NCBI GenBank assembly: GCA_001818315.1
Contig: MHKF01000018.1
Location: 64,325 to 128,324 of the forward strand
Source: Candidatus Kerfeldbacteria bacterium RIFCSPLOWO2_02_FULL_42_19
Lineage (GTDB): Bacteria > Patescibacteriota > Patescibacteriia > HO2-48-17
Reading direction: 5' to 3'
Length of the DNA stretch: 64,000 nucleotides
Position 1 is the first letter of the stretch. The number at the start of each line of letters is the position of its first letter. Under the pieces are notes generated by a model that was not told the origin of the DNA, did not search any database, and was given only the letters and a program-made list of their open reading frames with translations. Positions 1 through 10,092 of this stretch are shown here, piece after piece. The position numbers and the translations under genes were made by a program.

Positions 1-206
1 CATATTTTAGAGGTGAACGTGGATATTGGGAGATCCATTCGTGAGTATGCACCGCTTGACAAAGGTGAGAAAAAGGGAAATAATGAGCTCAGATTTTCTA
101 CGGATTTGGCAAGAGATCGGTTGTTTTTGGTTCAATGGAAATAGGTGTAATCTATTGATGTTGAATACGAGCAGTCGTAATGTCGTGACGACTGTTTTTT
201 TTCATC

Positions 207-1226
207 TTGTATATGTTTGGTTTTACAAAAAAAATTGGTATCGATTTAGGCACAGCGACGACGCTCGTTCATTTGCCGAAAAAAGGCATTGTTGTCAATG
301 AACCTTCGGTCGTAGCAATCTCCGTTAATGATAAGAAAGTTCTAGCAGTCGGGAATGACGCTAAGGAGATGCTTGGGAGAACGCCTGATTCTATTATTGC
401 TTGTCGGCCTCTGAAAGACGGCGTTATTGCTGATTATCGTACGACCGAATGTATGTTGCGGTACTTTATTAATAAAGCTGTAGGAGGTATTCGTTTGATG
501 CGACCAGAAGTTATGATTGCTGTTCCTGGTGGTATTACTTCTACAGAAAGGAAAGCTGTTATTGATGCAACTATTCAAGCTGGCGCTAAGGCCGCATATC
601 TGATTAAAGAACCAATGGCAGCGGCTATTGGTGCGAATATTCCCATTGGTACTGCTTCCGGGCATCTGATTATTGATATCGGCGGAGGCACGACGGAGAT
701 TGCTGTGATTTCTTTAGGCGGTATCGTGACAAACACTTCTGTTCGCATTGGTGGGAATAAGTTGGATAATGCTATTACTGAATATGTACGCAAAAAGTAT
801 GGTCTTGCGATCGGTGATCGCACCGCCGAAGAAGCAAAAATTCGTATTGGTTCTGCACTTCCTTTGCGTGATGTGATGGCATTGGATGTGCGTGGTCGTG
901 ATATGGTTTCTGGATTGCCCCGCACTATCACAATTACTTCGGATGATGTGACGGAAGCCATTCAAGATGAACTAAATGGTATTATTCAAGCAGTTAAAAA
1001 TGTCCTTCAAGAAACTCCACCGGAACTTGCTGCTGATGTCATTGATAAAGGTATGGTGATTACCGGTGGCACGGGACTTCTGCGTAATTTGGATAAGTTG
1101 CTTGAGCGTTCGACCGATGTGTCGGCATATGTTGCAGATGAGGCGCCGCTTTGCGTTGCAAAAGGCACTGGCGTTGCTTTGGAGAATCTCGAATCGTATA
1201 AACGAAGTATTCTTGCTGCTAAATAA
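207..1226 (+). CDS. mreB: Rod shape-determining protein MreB (actin-like ATPase), paralog 1
   Basis: Translation has IGIDLGTATTLV phosphate-1 motif, DIGGGTTEIAV and the overall actin/Hsp70 fold signature; 339 aa typical length. Confidence 0.9.
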   Translation: MYMFGFTKKIGIDLGTATTLVHLPKKGIVVNEPSVVAISVNDKKVLAVGNDAKEMLGRTPDSIIACRPLKDGVIADYRTTECMLRYFINKAVGGIRLMRPEVMIAVPGGITSTERKAVIDATIQAGAKAAYLIKEPMAAAIGANIPIGTASGHLIIDIGGGTTEIAVISLGGIVTNTSVRIGGNKLDNAITEYVRKKYGLAIGDRTAEEAKIRIGSALPLRDVMALDVRGRDMVSGLPRTITITSDDVTEAIQDELNGIIQAVKNVLQETPPELAADVIDKGMVITGGTGLLRNLDKLLERSTDVSAYVADEAPLCVAKGTGVALENLESYKRSILAAK

Positions 1227-1230
1227 TTGC

Positions 1231-2442
1231 ATGATTATTGGAATTGACGCTTCTCGAGCAAACGAAGTATATCGTCGGGGTACCGAATGGTATGCTTTTT
1301 TTCTTATTAAGGCACTGAGTAAGATCATTGGTCCGGAACATACCGTTTTTTTGTATGTGAAACAACCCTTGCGTCCTGATCTTGCTTATGATTTGCCATC
1401 ACATTTTGTAGCAAAAATATTGCGTTGGCCTCCAGTATTTTTGTGGACTCAGATGCGTCTTTCTTTGGAAATGTTGTGGCATCCACCAGATATTTTTTTT
1501 ATTCCCGTACACACACTTCCTCTCTTCCATCCTCGCAAAACTGTGATTACATTGCATGACGTTGGTTTTGAACGTTTTCCAGAATTGTATGATACTCACC
1601 CTATTGGTCCTCAAGGGAGTGTACTCACTCGACTTTTTGATACTGTTGTCAAAATATGTACGCTTGGGAAATTTGGCAATAATGAACTGGATTATCATCG
1701 TTGGTCAGTTCGTTTTGCATTGAGACACGCCGCGCATATTATTACGGTTTCTGATTTTTCCAAACAAGAGATTATGCAACTGTTTCATACTTCTCCGGAA
1801 AAACTCACGCGTGTTTATATTAGCTATGATGAAAGACGCTATCATCCAGTGCGAGATCAGCAAAAAATTGCGGATGTACTTCATAAGTATCATGTCCAGC
1901 AACCTTATGTGCTTTTTGTTGCGAGTCTTGAGGAAAAAAAGAATGTTCTCCGACTTATTGAAGCTTGGCACTCCATTCGACAAGAATCTCGTTTTCCTCA
2001 TACTCTTGTATTAGCTGGGAAGCCAGGGTTTGGTTATGAACGCATCCGTCGAAGTATTGATGCGTTCGGACTCACTTCCTCGGTTCATGAAACAGGATAT
2101 ATAGTGGAAGAAGATTTGCCGACACTGATGAGCGCTGCCGATGTTTACATTCTTCCTTCGTTGTACGAAGGTTTCGGTATCCCTCTTTTGCAAGCATTCG
2201 CTTGTGCAACTCCGGTCGTTGCTTCTCACGTTGCCTCTATACCTGAAATTGCTGGTAGTGCGGCACAGTATTGTAATCCATATGATGCTCACGATATTGC
2301 TCGTGCCATCAGTGAAGTACTTGCTTCTTCAACAATTCGAAATCGGTTGCGAAGTCTCGGTCGAGCGCGTTTGCAATATTTTTCTTGGAAGGAGTGCGGA
2401 GAACAGACATGGAGTATATTGCAACACGTGAGTAGAGCCTAG
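1231..2442 (+). CDS. Glycosyltransferase, GT-B fold (GT4-like)
   Basis: C-terminal EGFGIPLLQAFACATPVVAS..IPEIAG motif typical of GT4 retaining glycosyltransferases. ORF track begins at 1066, but that stretch overlaps mreB. The in-frame ATG at 1231 (MIIGIDAS) sits 4 nt after the mreB stop and is the likely start. Confidence 0.75.
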   Translation: MIIGIDASRANEVYRRGTEWYAFFLIKALSKIIGPEHTVFLYVKQPLRPDLAYDLPSHFVAKILRWPPVFLWTQMRLSLEMLWHPPDIFFIPVHTLPLFHPRKTVITLHDVGFERFPELYDTHPIGPQGSVLTRLFDTVVKICTLGKFGNNELDYHRWSVRFALRHAAHIITVSDFSKQEIMQLFHTSPEKLTRVYISYDERRYHPVRDQQKIADVLHKYHVQQPYVLFVASLEEKKNVLRLIEAWHSIRQESRFPHTLVLAGKPGFGYERIRRSIDAFGLTSSVHETGYIVEEDLPTLMSAADVYILPSLYEGFGIPLLQAFACATPVVASHVASIPEIAGSAAQYCNPYDAHDIARAISEVLASSTIRNRLRSLGRARLQYFSWKECGEQTWSILQHVSRA

Positions 2443-2467
2443 GTACGAAGCTATTTTTCAGTGGATC

Positions 2468-2640
2468 GTCGCCCCGAATACCATTTCTTGTTCAATACAT
2501 CATTCAATGCATAAGAAAAACAGGAGGAAGACTCTCCTTTCTCAGCACACTGTGCAGTGTTAGTGCTTCGAAAGCGAGAGTCTTCCTCCTGTTTTTCTAT
2601 GATCAAAATGTATTTTTCACAGACGAAAGTGCATTCGGCA
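2468..2640. repeat. Family-1 palindromic repeat element, copy 1 (central loop in inverted orientation)
   Basis: Outer stem cgccccgaata/gcattcggc; perfect 16-bp inner stem caggaggaagactctc/gagagtcttcctcctg followed by TTTTTCTAT. Shares the conserved 3' tail ttttctatgatcaaaatgtatttttcacagacgaaag with the copies at 29.6, 45.5 and 48.3 kb. Confidence 0.8.
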
Positions 2641-2679
2641 ATAATCCCTTTATCTTGGGCTTTATGATATGATAGGTGT

Positions 2680-3702
2680 ATGTCCTCATCCACTTTTATC
2701 TGGCCTATTATCGGTCATCAGTCAATTCAAATGTACTTGCAAAAGTGCATTAAATCTGGTAAAATTTTTCACGCTTACATCTTTGCGGGTTCTGAAGGTT
2801 TGGGAAAAACAACAGTTGCACGATTATTTTTTCAAACGCTTGCGTGCAAACTTTTTAATCCCACGATAGCGAGTTTTCCATGCAATACATGTAAAGTTTG
2901 CCAGCAAATGCAGAGCGGCAGCCATCCTGATTTATATTGGCTTGCACCGGTTCATTCCCCATTTTTGTTACTGGATGACATTCAATCTTTGCGTAGTCGT
3001 TTAAGTAAACGCGCTTTTTTTTCTGGTATCACTTTTGTGGGAATAGAGAAAGCTCATCTGCTGACTCCGGAGGCAAGTAGTGCTCTTTTGAAACTTATCG
3101 AAGAACCGGTAACGCGCTTGTGTTGTATTTTTTTAACGTCCGCTTATGCAGCACTTCCTGAAACTTTACGTTCTCGCACGCACGTTATTTTTTTTCATCC
3201 AGTATCTCAATCTTTGATATCTGATTCGTTACGAGATCGTTGTTCGCACAAACAAGCTTTGGAACTCGCTCAAGAGTCATTTGGAAGACCCGGTTTTGCT
3301 TTGCAAGCACTTGCTACTCCGGAGTTGCGCAAAAATCTTCATACCCTCGTTGCTCATTTTTTGAAAGTTTTACACACAAAAAAACTGGCTGCTCGTTTGA
3401 CTATGCTGGAAGCACTTTTTTTTCGGGGTATATCCACTCAACACACTCGTGCACGTTTTCAAGAAATATGCGAAGTATGGAGTTTCGTACTGCGCGATAT
3501 ATTTTTCGTGAAGTTAGACCAAAAAAAATATCTCCGTTTTCCTACATTTGTTGAGCAGTATAATAATTTTGCAGCGCAAATAACCTCGCGGCATTTACTT
3601 CAGATGATGCAGGATACGATACGTATAACACAAGCAATGAAAACAAATATTACCCCACAGCTTTTACTGGAGCAGTTTTTTCTTCAACATTCTTTTTCAT
3701 AA
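2680..3702 (+). CDS. holB: DNA polymerase III delta-prime subunit (AAA+ clamp-loader)
   Basis: N-terminal GHQSIQ..L......GKIFHAYIFAGSEGLGKTT Walker A-like box and overall delta-prime layout. Confidence 0.7.
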   Translation: MSSSTFIWPIIGHQSIQMYLQKCIKSGKIFHAYIFAGSEGLGKTTVARLFFQTLACKLFNPTIASFPCNTCKVCQQMQSGSHPDLYWLAPVHSPFLLLDDIQSLRSRLSKRAFFSGITFVGIEKAHLLTPEASSALLKLIEEPVTRLCCIFLTSAYAALPETLRSRTHVIFFHPVSQSLISDSLRDRCSHKQALELAQESFGRPGFALQALATPELRKNLHTLVAHFLKVLHTKKLAARLTMLEALFFRGISTQHTRARFQEICEVWSFVLRDIFFVKLDQKKYLRFPTFVEQYNNFAAQITSRHLLQMMQDTIRITQAMKTNITPQLLLEQFFLQHSFS

Positions 3703-3703
3703 T

Positions 3704-4792
3704 ATGTTCTATCCGAAAATCGCTGTTTTTTTTCTTCTTGCTTCGAGCCTTACTTTTGTTGGTTGCAATCTTCAACGTCAAGCTACTCAGCTTGATGGCG
3801 GAGTATTTTTGAGTCTGGACTACGGTGAGACTTGGAACACGCGAAGTTTTGTCCGTTTTGAAACAAAAACTCGGCGTCTGATTTCAATAAACGACGTCAC
3901 TATCCATCGTCTTATATTCGACCCAGTGAACCCCAGTATGGTATACGCGTTGACGAAAGAAGATGGATTGTATGTTACGGAAAATGATGGAAAGGAATGG
4001 CGTAAAACAGGGCTTTCAGCTGGCAACATTACAGCGTTGAGTGTTGATCCGCAAGATACACAACGGCTTTTTGCAGCACGAGGTAAAGAGATTTTGCGAT
4101 CCATTGATCAGGGTACAACTTGGGAAATCGTGTTTACCGATACTCATAATGCCTTACTCACGGATGTTGATATTGACTTTTATGATCTTCAAAACGTGTA
4201 TGCTACGACCGATTCCGGGACTGTACTGAAAAGTCTTGATGGCGGAGTAAATTGGGAAATACTTTATGTGCCTGGGAAAGAAATCCGTGAGCTGATCCTT
4301 GATTCGAATGATAGTCGTATTGTGTACTTAGTGATAAAAAGCCGTGGTTTTCAAAAAAGTATCGATTCTGGCGTAACGTGGCAGGATTTTCGAGAAAAAC
4401 TTGCAGAGTTTTCAGGTGCTACTACGATTCAGCGACTGATAGTTGATCCTCAAAATTCACAACATATTTTGATCGCCTCTACCTTTGGGTTGCTTGAGAG
4501 TTTTGATGCCGGAGCAAGCTGGAAGCCAATTCAAACATTACTTACCGCACCTCTTGCCTTTAGTGCATTTGCTTTAGATCCGCAAGACAGTCAGCGCATG
4601 TATTTTGCGATTAAAAATCTGATGCACAAAACCGAAGATGGAGGGTTGACATGGAAAACGATTGAAAATTTTCCTTCGAAACGTCCTGTTATTTTTCTGA
4701 TTGCGCATCCTATTGAAACGAACGCACTGTACGCCGGGACTCTGAAGGTAGAAAAGAAACGTCGTGGCATTTTCCCGCAGCCCGCCAAATAA
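3704..4792 (+). CDS. BNR/Asp-box repeat lipoprotein (Ycf48-like beta-propeller)
   Basis: Signal peptide with lipobox LTFVGC. Seven S/D-x-D/G-G-x-T/N-W Asp-box repeats (YGETWNT, DGKEWRK, QGTTWEI, GGVNWEI, SGVTWQD, AGASWKP, GGLTWKT). Confidence 0.6.
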   Translation: MFYPKIAVFFLLASSLTFVGCNLQRQATQLDGGVFLSLDYGETWNTRSFVRFETKTRRLISINDVTIHRLIFDPVNPSMVYALTKEDGLYVTENDGKEWRKTGLSAGNITALSVDPQDTQRLFAARGKEILRSIDQGTTWEIVFTDTHNALLTDVDIDFYDLQNVYATTDSGTVLKSLDGGVNWEILYVPGKEIRELILDSNDSRIVYLVIKSRGFQKSIDSGVTWQDFREKLAEFSGATTIQRLIVDPQNSQHILIASTFGLLESFDAGASWKPIQTLLTAPLAFSAFALDPQDSQRMYFAIKNLMHKTEDGGLTWKTIENFPSKRPVIFLIAHPIETNALYAGTLKVEKKRRGIFPQPAK

Positions 4793-4802
4793 TTTTATGC
4801 CT

Positions 4803-5354
4803 ATGATGACACACATGGAAGAACAAAAGTTTATTCAAGCGATTCAATTTTTCAAAAGTGAGTTGGAACACTTACGCACAGGTAGAGCGACTCCTGTATT
4901 GGTAGAAGAGATTCCAATCTCCGCTTATAATACTTCTTCTCCACTTCAGCAGCTTGCTCATATCAGCGCACAGGATGCTCGTACGTTGGTGATCCAGCCG
5001 TGGGATAAAAGCATCGTCAATGATATTGAAAAGTCTTTGCAAGCCTCATCCCTTGGCATACCGCCAGTAGTTTCGGGTACAGAAATTCGACTGAACTTTC
5101 CGCTCCTGACCGAAGAAAGACGGAAGGAAATCGTAAAAATAGTGCACGCCAAAGCTGAAGAGACTCGAGTACGCGTTCGCACGATTCGTGAGCAAATATT
5201 GAAAACATGGAAAGAGAAAGAACGGGAGGGTGAAATCTCGGAAGACGCATTCGCACGGTTGCAGAAAGTTTTACAGAAAAAGGTTGACGATACGAATCAA
5301 TTCATTAAAGATATTATGCTCAAGAAAGAGAAGGAGATTTTATCACTTTCATAA
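4803..5354 (+). CDS. frr: Ribosome recycling factor
   Basis: EEQKFIQAIQFFKSELEHLRTGRATPVLVEEI... matches the RRF family along its whole length. Track start 4764 overlaps the upstream gene; ATG at 4803-4815 is the more likely start. Confidence 0.9.
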   Translation: MMTHMEEQKFIQAIQFFKSELEHLRTGRATPVLVEEIPISAYNTSSPLQQLAHISAQDARTLVIQPWDKSIVNDIEKSLQASSLGIPPVVSGTEIRLNFPLLTEERRKEIVKIVHAKAEETRVRVRTIREQILKTWKEKEREGEISEDAFARLQKVLQKKVDDTNQFIKDIMLKKEKEILSLS

Positions 5355-5367
5355 TTTTTGTAAGACT

Positions 5368-6495
5368 ATGTTCATGACGCTTGTATGGTTCATCATTATT
5401 CTTGCCGTTTTAGTGCTCATTCACGAGTTTGGTCATTTTATTGCTGCAAAACGTTCCGGTGTTTTAGTTGAAGAATTTGGTTTTGGTTTTCCACCGAAAT
5501 TATTCGGTGTGCGATATAGAGGCACTTTATATTCATTCAATGCGATTCCTTTTGGAGGCTTTGTGAAACTCAAAGGCGTTCCCGGGGAAGATGCGCATCC
5601 AGAACATTTTGATGATCACAATAGTTTTGCGAAGAAAGCTTTTCTCCAGAAGTTTTTTATTTTGAGTGGCGGAGTTTTTATGAATATTCTCCTTGCCGTT
5701 ATGCTTTTTGCTGTGGGTTTCACGATTGGTATGCCACAAGTACTTGATAAGAGCAATCTTTTTTCTGCTGCTCGTATTCGCGATGAGTTCATTCAGATAG
5801 TCGAAACCGAACCAACACTTTCCGCTGCGCAGGCAGGAATTCAAGCGGGTGATACACTCCTTACTCTTGATGGACAAGTTGTTCGTAGTATTGAAGAGGT
5901 CCAGGAGTATAACGCTGAAAGGATCGGCCAGACAGTTGCTGTACAAGTGCGGCGAGGTGACGAAACACTGACTTTTCCAGTGAATGTGAGTGCACTGGAA
6001 AACGAGGAGAGAGGAGTGCTTGGAGTACAACTTGCTCGTGTTGGGACGGTTTCGTATCCGTGGTATCTTTCTTTTGGATTTGGCATTGTGTATGCGTTGC
6101 AGATTCTCTGGCTTATTCTTGGCGCTTTTGCGACTCTGCTGATTGATTTGATCACTTCAGGACAAGTTTCTGCCGATCTTTCTGGACCGGTAGGGATTGC
6201 TGCAATGACCGGACAAGTAGCCAAACTTGGTTTTGTATACGTACTCCAATTTGTCGCTTTATTATCTTTGAATTTAGCACTTTTCAATATCTTGCCTATT
6301 CCTGCACTGGATGGAGGAAGAATATTTTTTCTCATTATTGAAAAACTGCGACGCAAAAAAAACAGCGAACGTGTTGAAAATGTAGTGCATCGCATTGGCT
6401 TTGCGCTGCTTCTCGTTTTGATTGTGCTTGTAACCTTTCGTGATCTCCATCGATACAGCGATAGTATTAAGGCATTTTTTTCCGGTATTTTTTGA
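5368..6495 (+). CDS. rseP: RIP site-2 metalloprotease RseP (M50 family)
   Basis: HEFGHFIAAK HExxH in TM1, internal PDZ-like segment, C-terminal LDGG motif. Track start 5230 overlaps frr; ATG at 5368 (MFMTLVWFIIIL) follows the frr stop. Confidence 0.8.
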   Translation: MFMTLVWFIIILAVLVLIHEFGHFIAAKRSGVLVEEFGFGFPPKLFGVRYRGTLYSFNAIPFGGFVKLKGVPGEDAHPEHFDDHNSFAKKAFLQKFFILSGGVFMNILLAVMLFAVGFTIGMPQVLDKSNLFSAARIRDEFIQIVETEPTLSAAQAGIQAGDTLLTLDGQVVRSIEEVQEYNAERIGQTVAVQVRRGDETLTFPVNVSALENEERGVLGVQLARVGTVSYPWYLSFGFGIVYALQILWLILGAFATLLIDLITSGQVSADLSGPVGIAAMTGQVAKLGFVYVLQFVALLSLNLALFNILPIPALDGGRIFFLIIEKLRRKKNSERVENVVHRIGFALLLVLIVLVTFRDLHRYSDSIKAFFSGIF

Positions 6496-6501
6496 TGCGG
6501 T

Positions 6502-8172
6502 ATGAAACAGTCTCAACTTTTTGGTAAAACAACGAAAACGATTCCAAAAGACATCAAACTTGCAAGTCACAAATTTTTGTATCAGGGCGGTTTTATTCGG
6601 GAACTTACTGCTGGGCGGTATTCCTATTTGCCTCTTGGATTTCGTGTGTGGTCGCGCATCGTTTCGATTATTGATCAGGAGATGCAACGTATTGGTGCTC
6701 AGCGCGTCTTGACTCCTACACTGCATCCGGTGGAACTTTGGAAACAGGGACCGCGTTTTGCAGCGTGGGGACCGGAGTTGATGCAAGTGAAAGATCGACG
6801 CGATACTCTCTTTGCTTTAGGTGCGACTCACGAAGAAGTTTTTGGTGATCTTGTGAAAAAATTTTCTTTAAGCTATAAGGATCTCCCGTGTGTTGTGTAT
6901 CAATTTACTACAAAATTTCGCGATGAATTACGACCGCGAGGTGGCCTGTTGCGACTCCGTGAGTTTACTATGAAAGACGCCTATTCATTTCACGTTACTG
7001 CTGCTTCGTTGGATGCAACCTATAGAGCAATGTATGCGGCCTATGAAAAATGCATGCAGCGTTTCGGACTTGACTATATTGTGGTGGAAGCTGATAGCGG
7101 CGCTATTGGAGGCAAACATTCACATGAATTTATGGCGCTTTCTTCTGTCGGTGAAGATATTGTGTTACGTTGTCCGTCATGCGGATACGCTGCAAATCAG
7201 GAAAAAGCACAATTCTTTCGTGAGCCTTTGAATCTTTCTGAAAAATTAGGCAAGTTGCACAAGGTCCAAGCTCGCGGCCTTGTGACTATTGAAAAAATGT
7301 CTCAGCATTATAAAGCACCGAGAGCACAGATGTTGAAGAGCGTCGTATATGTTGCTGATGAAAAGTTTGTAGGAGCTGTACTGCGCGGTGATTTAGAAGT
7401 CAATGAGATAAAATTTAAAAATGTCTTGCAAGCGAGAACGCTTCGGCAAGCGACTGAAGTAGAGATTACATCACTTGGAACCGTTCGTGGCTTTATTGCT
7501 CCTATTGATCTCAAAAATGTTTTGTGGATTGGTGATCCTTCGGTTGAAACTGTTCGTAATTTTTACACCGGGGCGAATGTTGTGGATGTCGATTTTGCCA
7601 ATATAAATTTCCCGCGTGATTTTCAAGTATCTCGTCTTACTGATATTGCCCAAGCGCAAGCAGGGTATGCATGTCATGTATGTCATGCACAATTGCAAGC
7701 GTTGCGTGCCATTGAGTTTGGTCATATCTTTAAGCTCGATCATTATTATAGTGTCCCTCTCGACGTCAATTTTGTGGATGCGCAAGGTAACGTGAAGCCA
7801 TTATTCATGGGTTCCTACGGTATTGGCATTGATCGTGCTGTTGCAACGATCGTGGAACAACATCACGATGCTGCTGGTATTGTCTGGCCAGCTGCGGTAG
7901 CCCCTTACCAAGTACATCTTGTGAATCTCGTCACGGATCACACTGCAGCAGATGCTCTTTATGATGCTTTACAAGCTAAGGGTATTCAGGTACTGTATGA
8001 TGATCGTCAAATTTCTTCTGGTAGTAAATTAAAAGATACAGATCTTCTTGGAATGCCATGGCGTATTATCGTGAGTTCGCGACTCGCGTCGGGGCAATTT
8101 GAATTAAAAAATCGTTCAAGTAAGGCTGTAGTCAAAGGAAATCTCGCATTCATTCTCAAGCAGCTTTCGTGA
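6502..8172 (+). CDS. proS: Prolyl-tRNA synthetase (bacterial type with insertion/editing domain)
   Basis: Class II aaRS motifs, YQGGFIRELTAGRYSYLPLGFRV N-terminus characteristic of ProRS. Confidence 0.9.
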   Translation: MKQSQLFGKTTKTIPKDIKLASHKFLYQGGFIRELTAGRYSYLPLGFRVWSRIVSIIDQEMQRIGAQRVLTPTLHPVELWKQGPRFAAWGPELMQVKDRRDTLFALGATHEEVFGDLVKKFSLSYKDLPCVVYQFTTKFRDELRPRGGLLRLREFTMKDAYSFHVTAASLDATYRAMYAAYEKCMQRFGLDYIVVEADSGAIGGKHSHEFMALSSVGEDIVLRCPSCGYAANQEKAQFFREPLNLSEKLGKLHKVQARGLVTIEKMSQHYKAPRAQMLKSVVYVADEKFVGAVLRGDLEVNEIKFKNVLQARTLRQATEVEITSLGTVRGFIAPIDLKNVLWIGDPSVETVRNFYTGANVVDVDFANINFPRDFQVSRLTDIAQAQAGYACHVCHAQLQALRAIEFGHIFKLDHYYSVPLDVNFVDAQGNVKPLFMGSYGIGIDRAVATIVEQHHDAAGIVWPAAVAPYQVHLVNLVTDHTAADALYDALQAKGIQVLYDDRQISSGSKLKDTDLLGMPWRIIVSSRLASGQFELKNRSSKAVVKGNLAFILKQLS

Positions 8173-8196
8173 AAATTTTTTTACGCATTCTTTTTT

Positions 8197-9249
8197 ATGG
8201 GTCTTGTTAAGAATTTTTTTGGTAGGTTTTCTAAGGATCTTGGCATAGATTTAGGTACCGCGAATACTCTCGTGTATGTAAAAGATAAAGGCATTGTTAT
8301 TAACGAGCCATCTGTGGTGGCGATTAATGAACGCACAGGACAAATTCTTGCGGTTGGTCAGGAAGCGAAAACAATGATCGGCAGAACGCCTGCGCATATT
8401 ATTGCCTCACGTCCGTTGCACGATGGCGTTGTATCTGATTTTGAAGTCGCTGAAAAAATGTTAAAGCATTTTATCGAAAAGGTGCATCGAGAAACGTTTG
8501 CGTTGCTGCCAAGACCTCGGGTAGTGATTGGGATTCCATTAGGCGTGACAGAAGTTGAACGTAAGGCAGTAGAAGATGCTGTTTTAAACGCTGGCGCCCG
8601 GCAAGTGTTTCTGATTGAAGAACCTATGGCTGCTGCTATCGGCGCAAGACTTCCAGTACAAGATGCTACCGGTAGCATGGTTGTTGATATTGGTGGCGGT
8701 ACAACAGAGATTGCGGTGCTTGCTTTAGGAGGTGTTGTCACATGGAAATCTTTACGGCTTGCGGGTGATGAATTGAATCGTAATATCATGAATTATACTC
8801 GCGATAAGTTTAACCTTCTTTTAGGTGAACGCACTGCTGAGGATGTTAAAATTTCTATCGGTGCAGCATATGAGGATGTGGAAATGCTTGAAACAAAAAT
8901 GCGTGGTCGTGACGTTATTACCGGCCTTCCTCGTGAAGTGACTATTACGAGCGATCATGTTCGTGAAGCACTTGCGAAATCTATACGTTTATTTTGTGAT
9001 ACTATTAAAGATACTGTGGAAGAAACACCCCCTGAATTAGTAGCTGATGTTTATGAAAGAGGTATATTACTCACAGGCGGTGGAGCTTTAATACGCGGAC
9101 TTGATGTCCGAATTCAAAAAGAGATGCAAATTCCCGTACGGGTTGCGGAAGATCCTTTGACATGTGTTGTGCGTGGCACGGGTCGGGTTCTTGAAAATTT
9201 TGATGCACTGAAGGATATTTTTGTTCTTTCCACGCAACCGCAATCGTAG
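8197..9249 (+). CDS. mreB: Rod shape-determining protein MreB, paralog 2 (heads the mreBCD-pbp2 operon)
   Basis: LGIDLGTANTLVYV, DIGGGTTEIAV; directly followed by mreC, mreD and pbp2. Confidence 0.9.
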   Translation: MGLVKNFFGRFSKDLGIDLGTANTLVYVKDKGIVINEPSVVAINERTGQILAVGQEAKTMIGRTPAHIIASRPLHDGVVSDFEVAEKMLKHFIEKVHRETFALLPRPRVVIGIPLGVTEVERKAVEDAVLNAGARQVFLIEEPMAAAIGARLPVQDATGSMVVDIGGGTTEIAVLALGGVVTWKSLRLAGDELNRNIMNYTRDKFNLLLGERTAEDVKISIGAAYEDVEMLETKMRGRDVITGLPREVTITSDHVREALAKSIRLFCDTIKDTVEETPPELVADVYERGILLTGGGALIRGLDVRIQKEMQIPVRVAEDPLTCVVRGTGRVLENFDALKDIFVLSTQPQS

Positions 9250-9282
9250 CGTGCTGATGGGAGGAATGACGCATTTTAAGAT

Positions 9283-10083
9283 ATGAATGTTTTTTCGAGA
9301 CGTATTTCTCTCTTTATCATTGGAAGTTTTTTGCTTCTGATCTTTATTTTTTTCGGCGTTTTTCGTTTTGCAGAAAACGTGTTGACATTTATTGCCGCGC
9401 CAGTTCAGCAAGTGTTTTGGCAGATGAATGTGCGTTTGAAAAATATTGCCGCTGTGTTGCGCCAGGATTCAGTTTCTTTACAGCAAGAGAATATACGTCT
9501 GAAGAATCAATTGAACGCTTCGATTATGGAAAATGCAAAACTTCACCAGAAGATTGTGGAATTTGAGTCTCTTTCAGAACAATTGAAGTACATTGATGCT
9601 CAGGGTCTTCGTTCAATTCCCATGAACGTATTAGGTCCATCCTCAGACGGCATCGCTCAAGTCATCCATGTGAGTAAAGGGGCACAGGATGGAGTGCAAG
9701 TTGGACTTCCAGTCATTGTTGATAACGGTCTTTTCGTCGGTAAAATTATTGATGTAACTACAACTACCGCTCAAGTGCTTTTGATCACTGATAATAATAG
9801 TGCATTTTCTGCAGTAGTTCAAAATGATGCGCAGAGTCCTGGTATTGTATCTGGCCAGCACGGATTGTCATTGAAAATGGATTTTATTCCGCAACTTGAT
9901 CCTATTGCGATTGATATGATCGTTATCACCGCTGGTTCAGAGCCTTTGATCCCGAAGGGACTTGTTGTCGGTATCATAGAATCAGTTTCAAAACCGAGCG
10001 GTGCTTTGTTTCAACAAGCCGACGTACGTTCTTTAGTGAATTTACAAAAGCTTGAAGTCGTTTCGGCTGTACTTAGGCAATAA
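9283..10083 (+). CDS. mreC: Rod shape-determining protein MreC
   Basis: N-terminal TM helix, coiled-coil segment (LQQENIRLKNQL..), C-terminal beta domain GLPVIVDNGLFVGKIIDV; position after mreB. Confidence 0.8.
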   Translation: MNVFSRRISLFIIGSFLLLIFIFFGVFRFAENVLTFIAAPVQQVFWQMNVRLKNIAAVLRQDSVSLQQENIRLKNQLNASIMENAKLHQKIVEFESLSEQLKYIDAQGLRSIPMNVLGPSSDGIAQVIHVSKGAQDGVQVGLPVIVDNGLFVGKIIDVTTTTAQVLLITDNNSAFSAVVQNDAQSPGIVSGQHGLSLKMDFIPQLDPIAIDMIVITAGSEPLIPKGLVVGIIESVSKPSGALFQQADVRSLVNLQKLEVVSAVLRQ

Positions 10084-10092
10084 TTTTATTGT

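Noticed and set aside
342-961. Multiple antisense ORFs inside mreB, pbp2, dnaE, thrS, gatB and other large genes
   Set aside because: Each is fully embedded antisense within a CDS with strong family-level support; typical shadow ORFs.
1066-1230. 5' extensions of several track ORFs (1066, 4764, 5230, 16967, 18102, 28028, 30722, 38613)
   Set aside because: These extensions overlap the preceding gene. In-frame ATG codons located right after the upstream stop give proteins matching family N-termini, so the shorter starts were preferred.
2451-2693. ORFs through the family-1 repeats (2451..2693 -, 29354..29758 -, 29535..29906 +, 45524..45766 +) sharing peptides such as EEDSRFRSTNTAQCAEKGESSS
   Set aside because: The shared peptides are a by-product of translating the same palindromic repeat. 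They have no start context and sit in terminator-like hairpins, so they are not called as genes.
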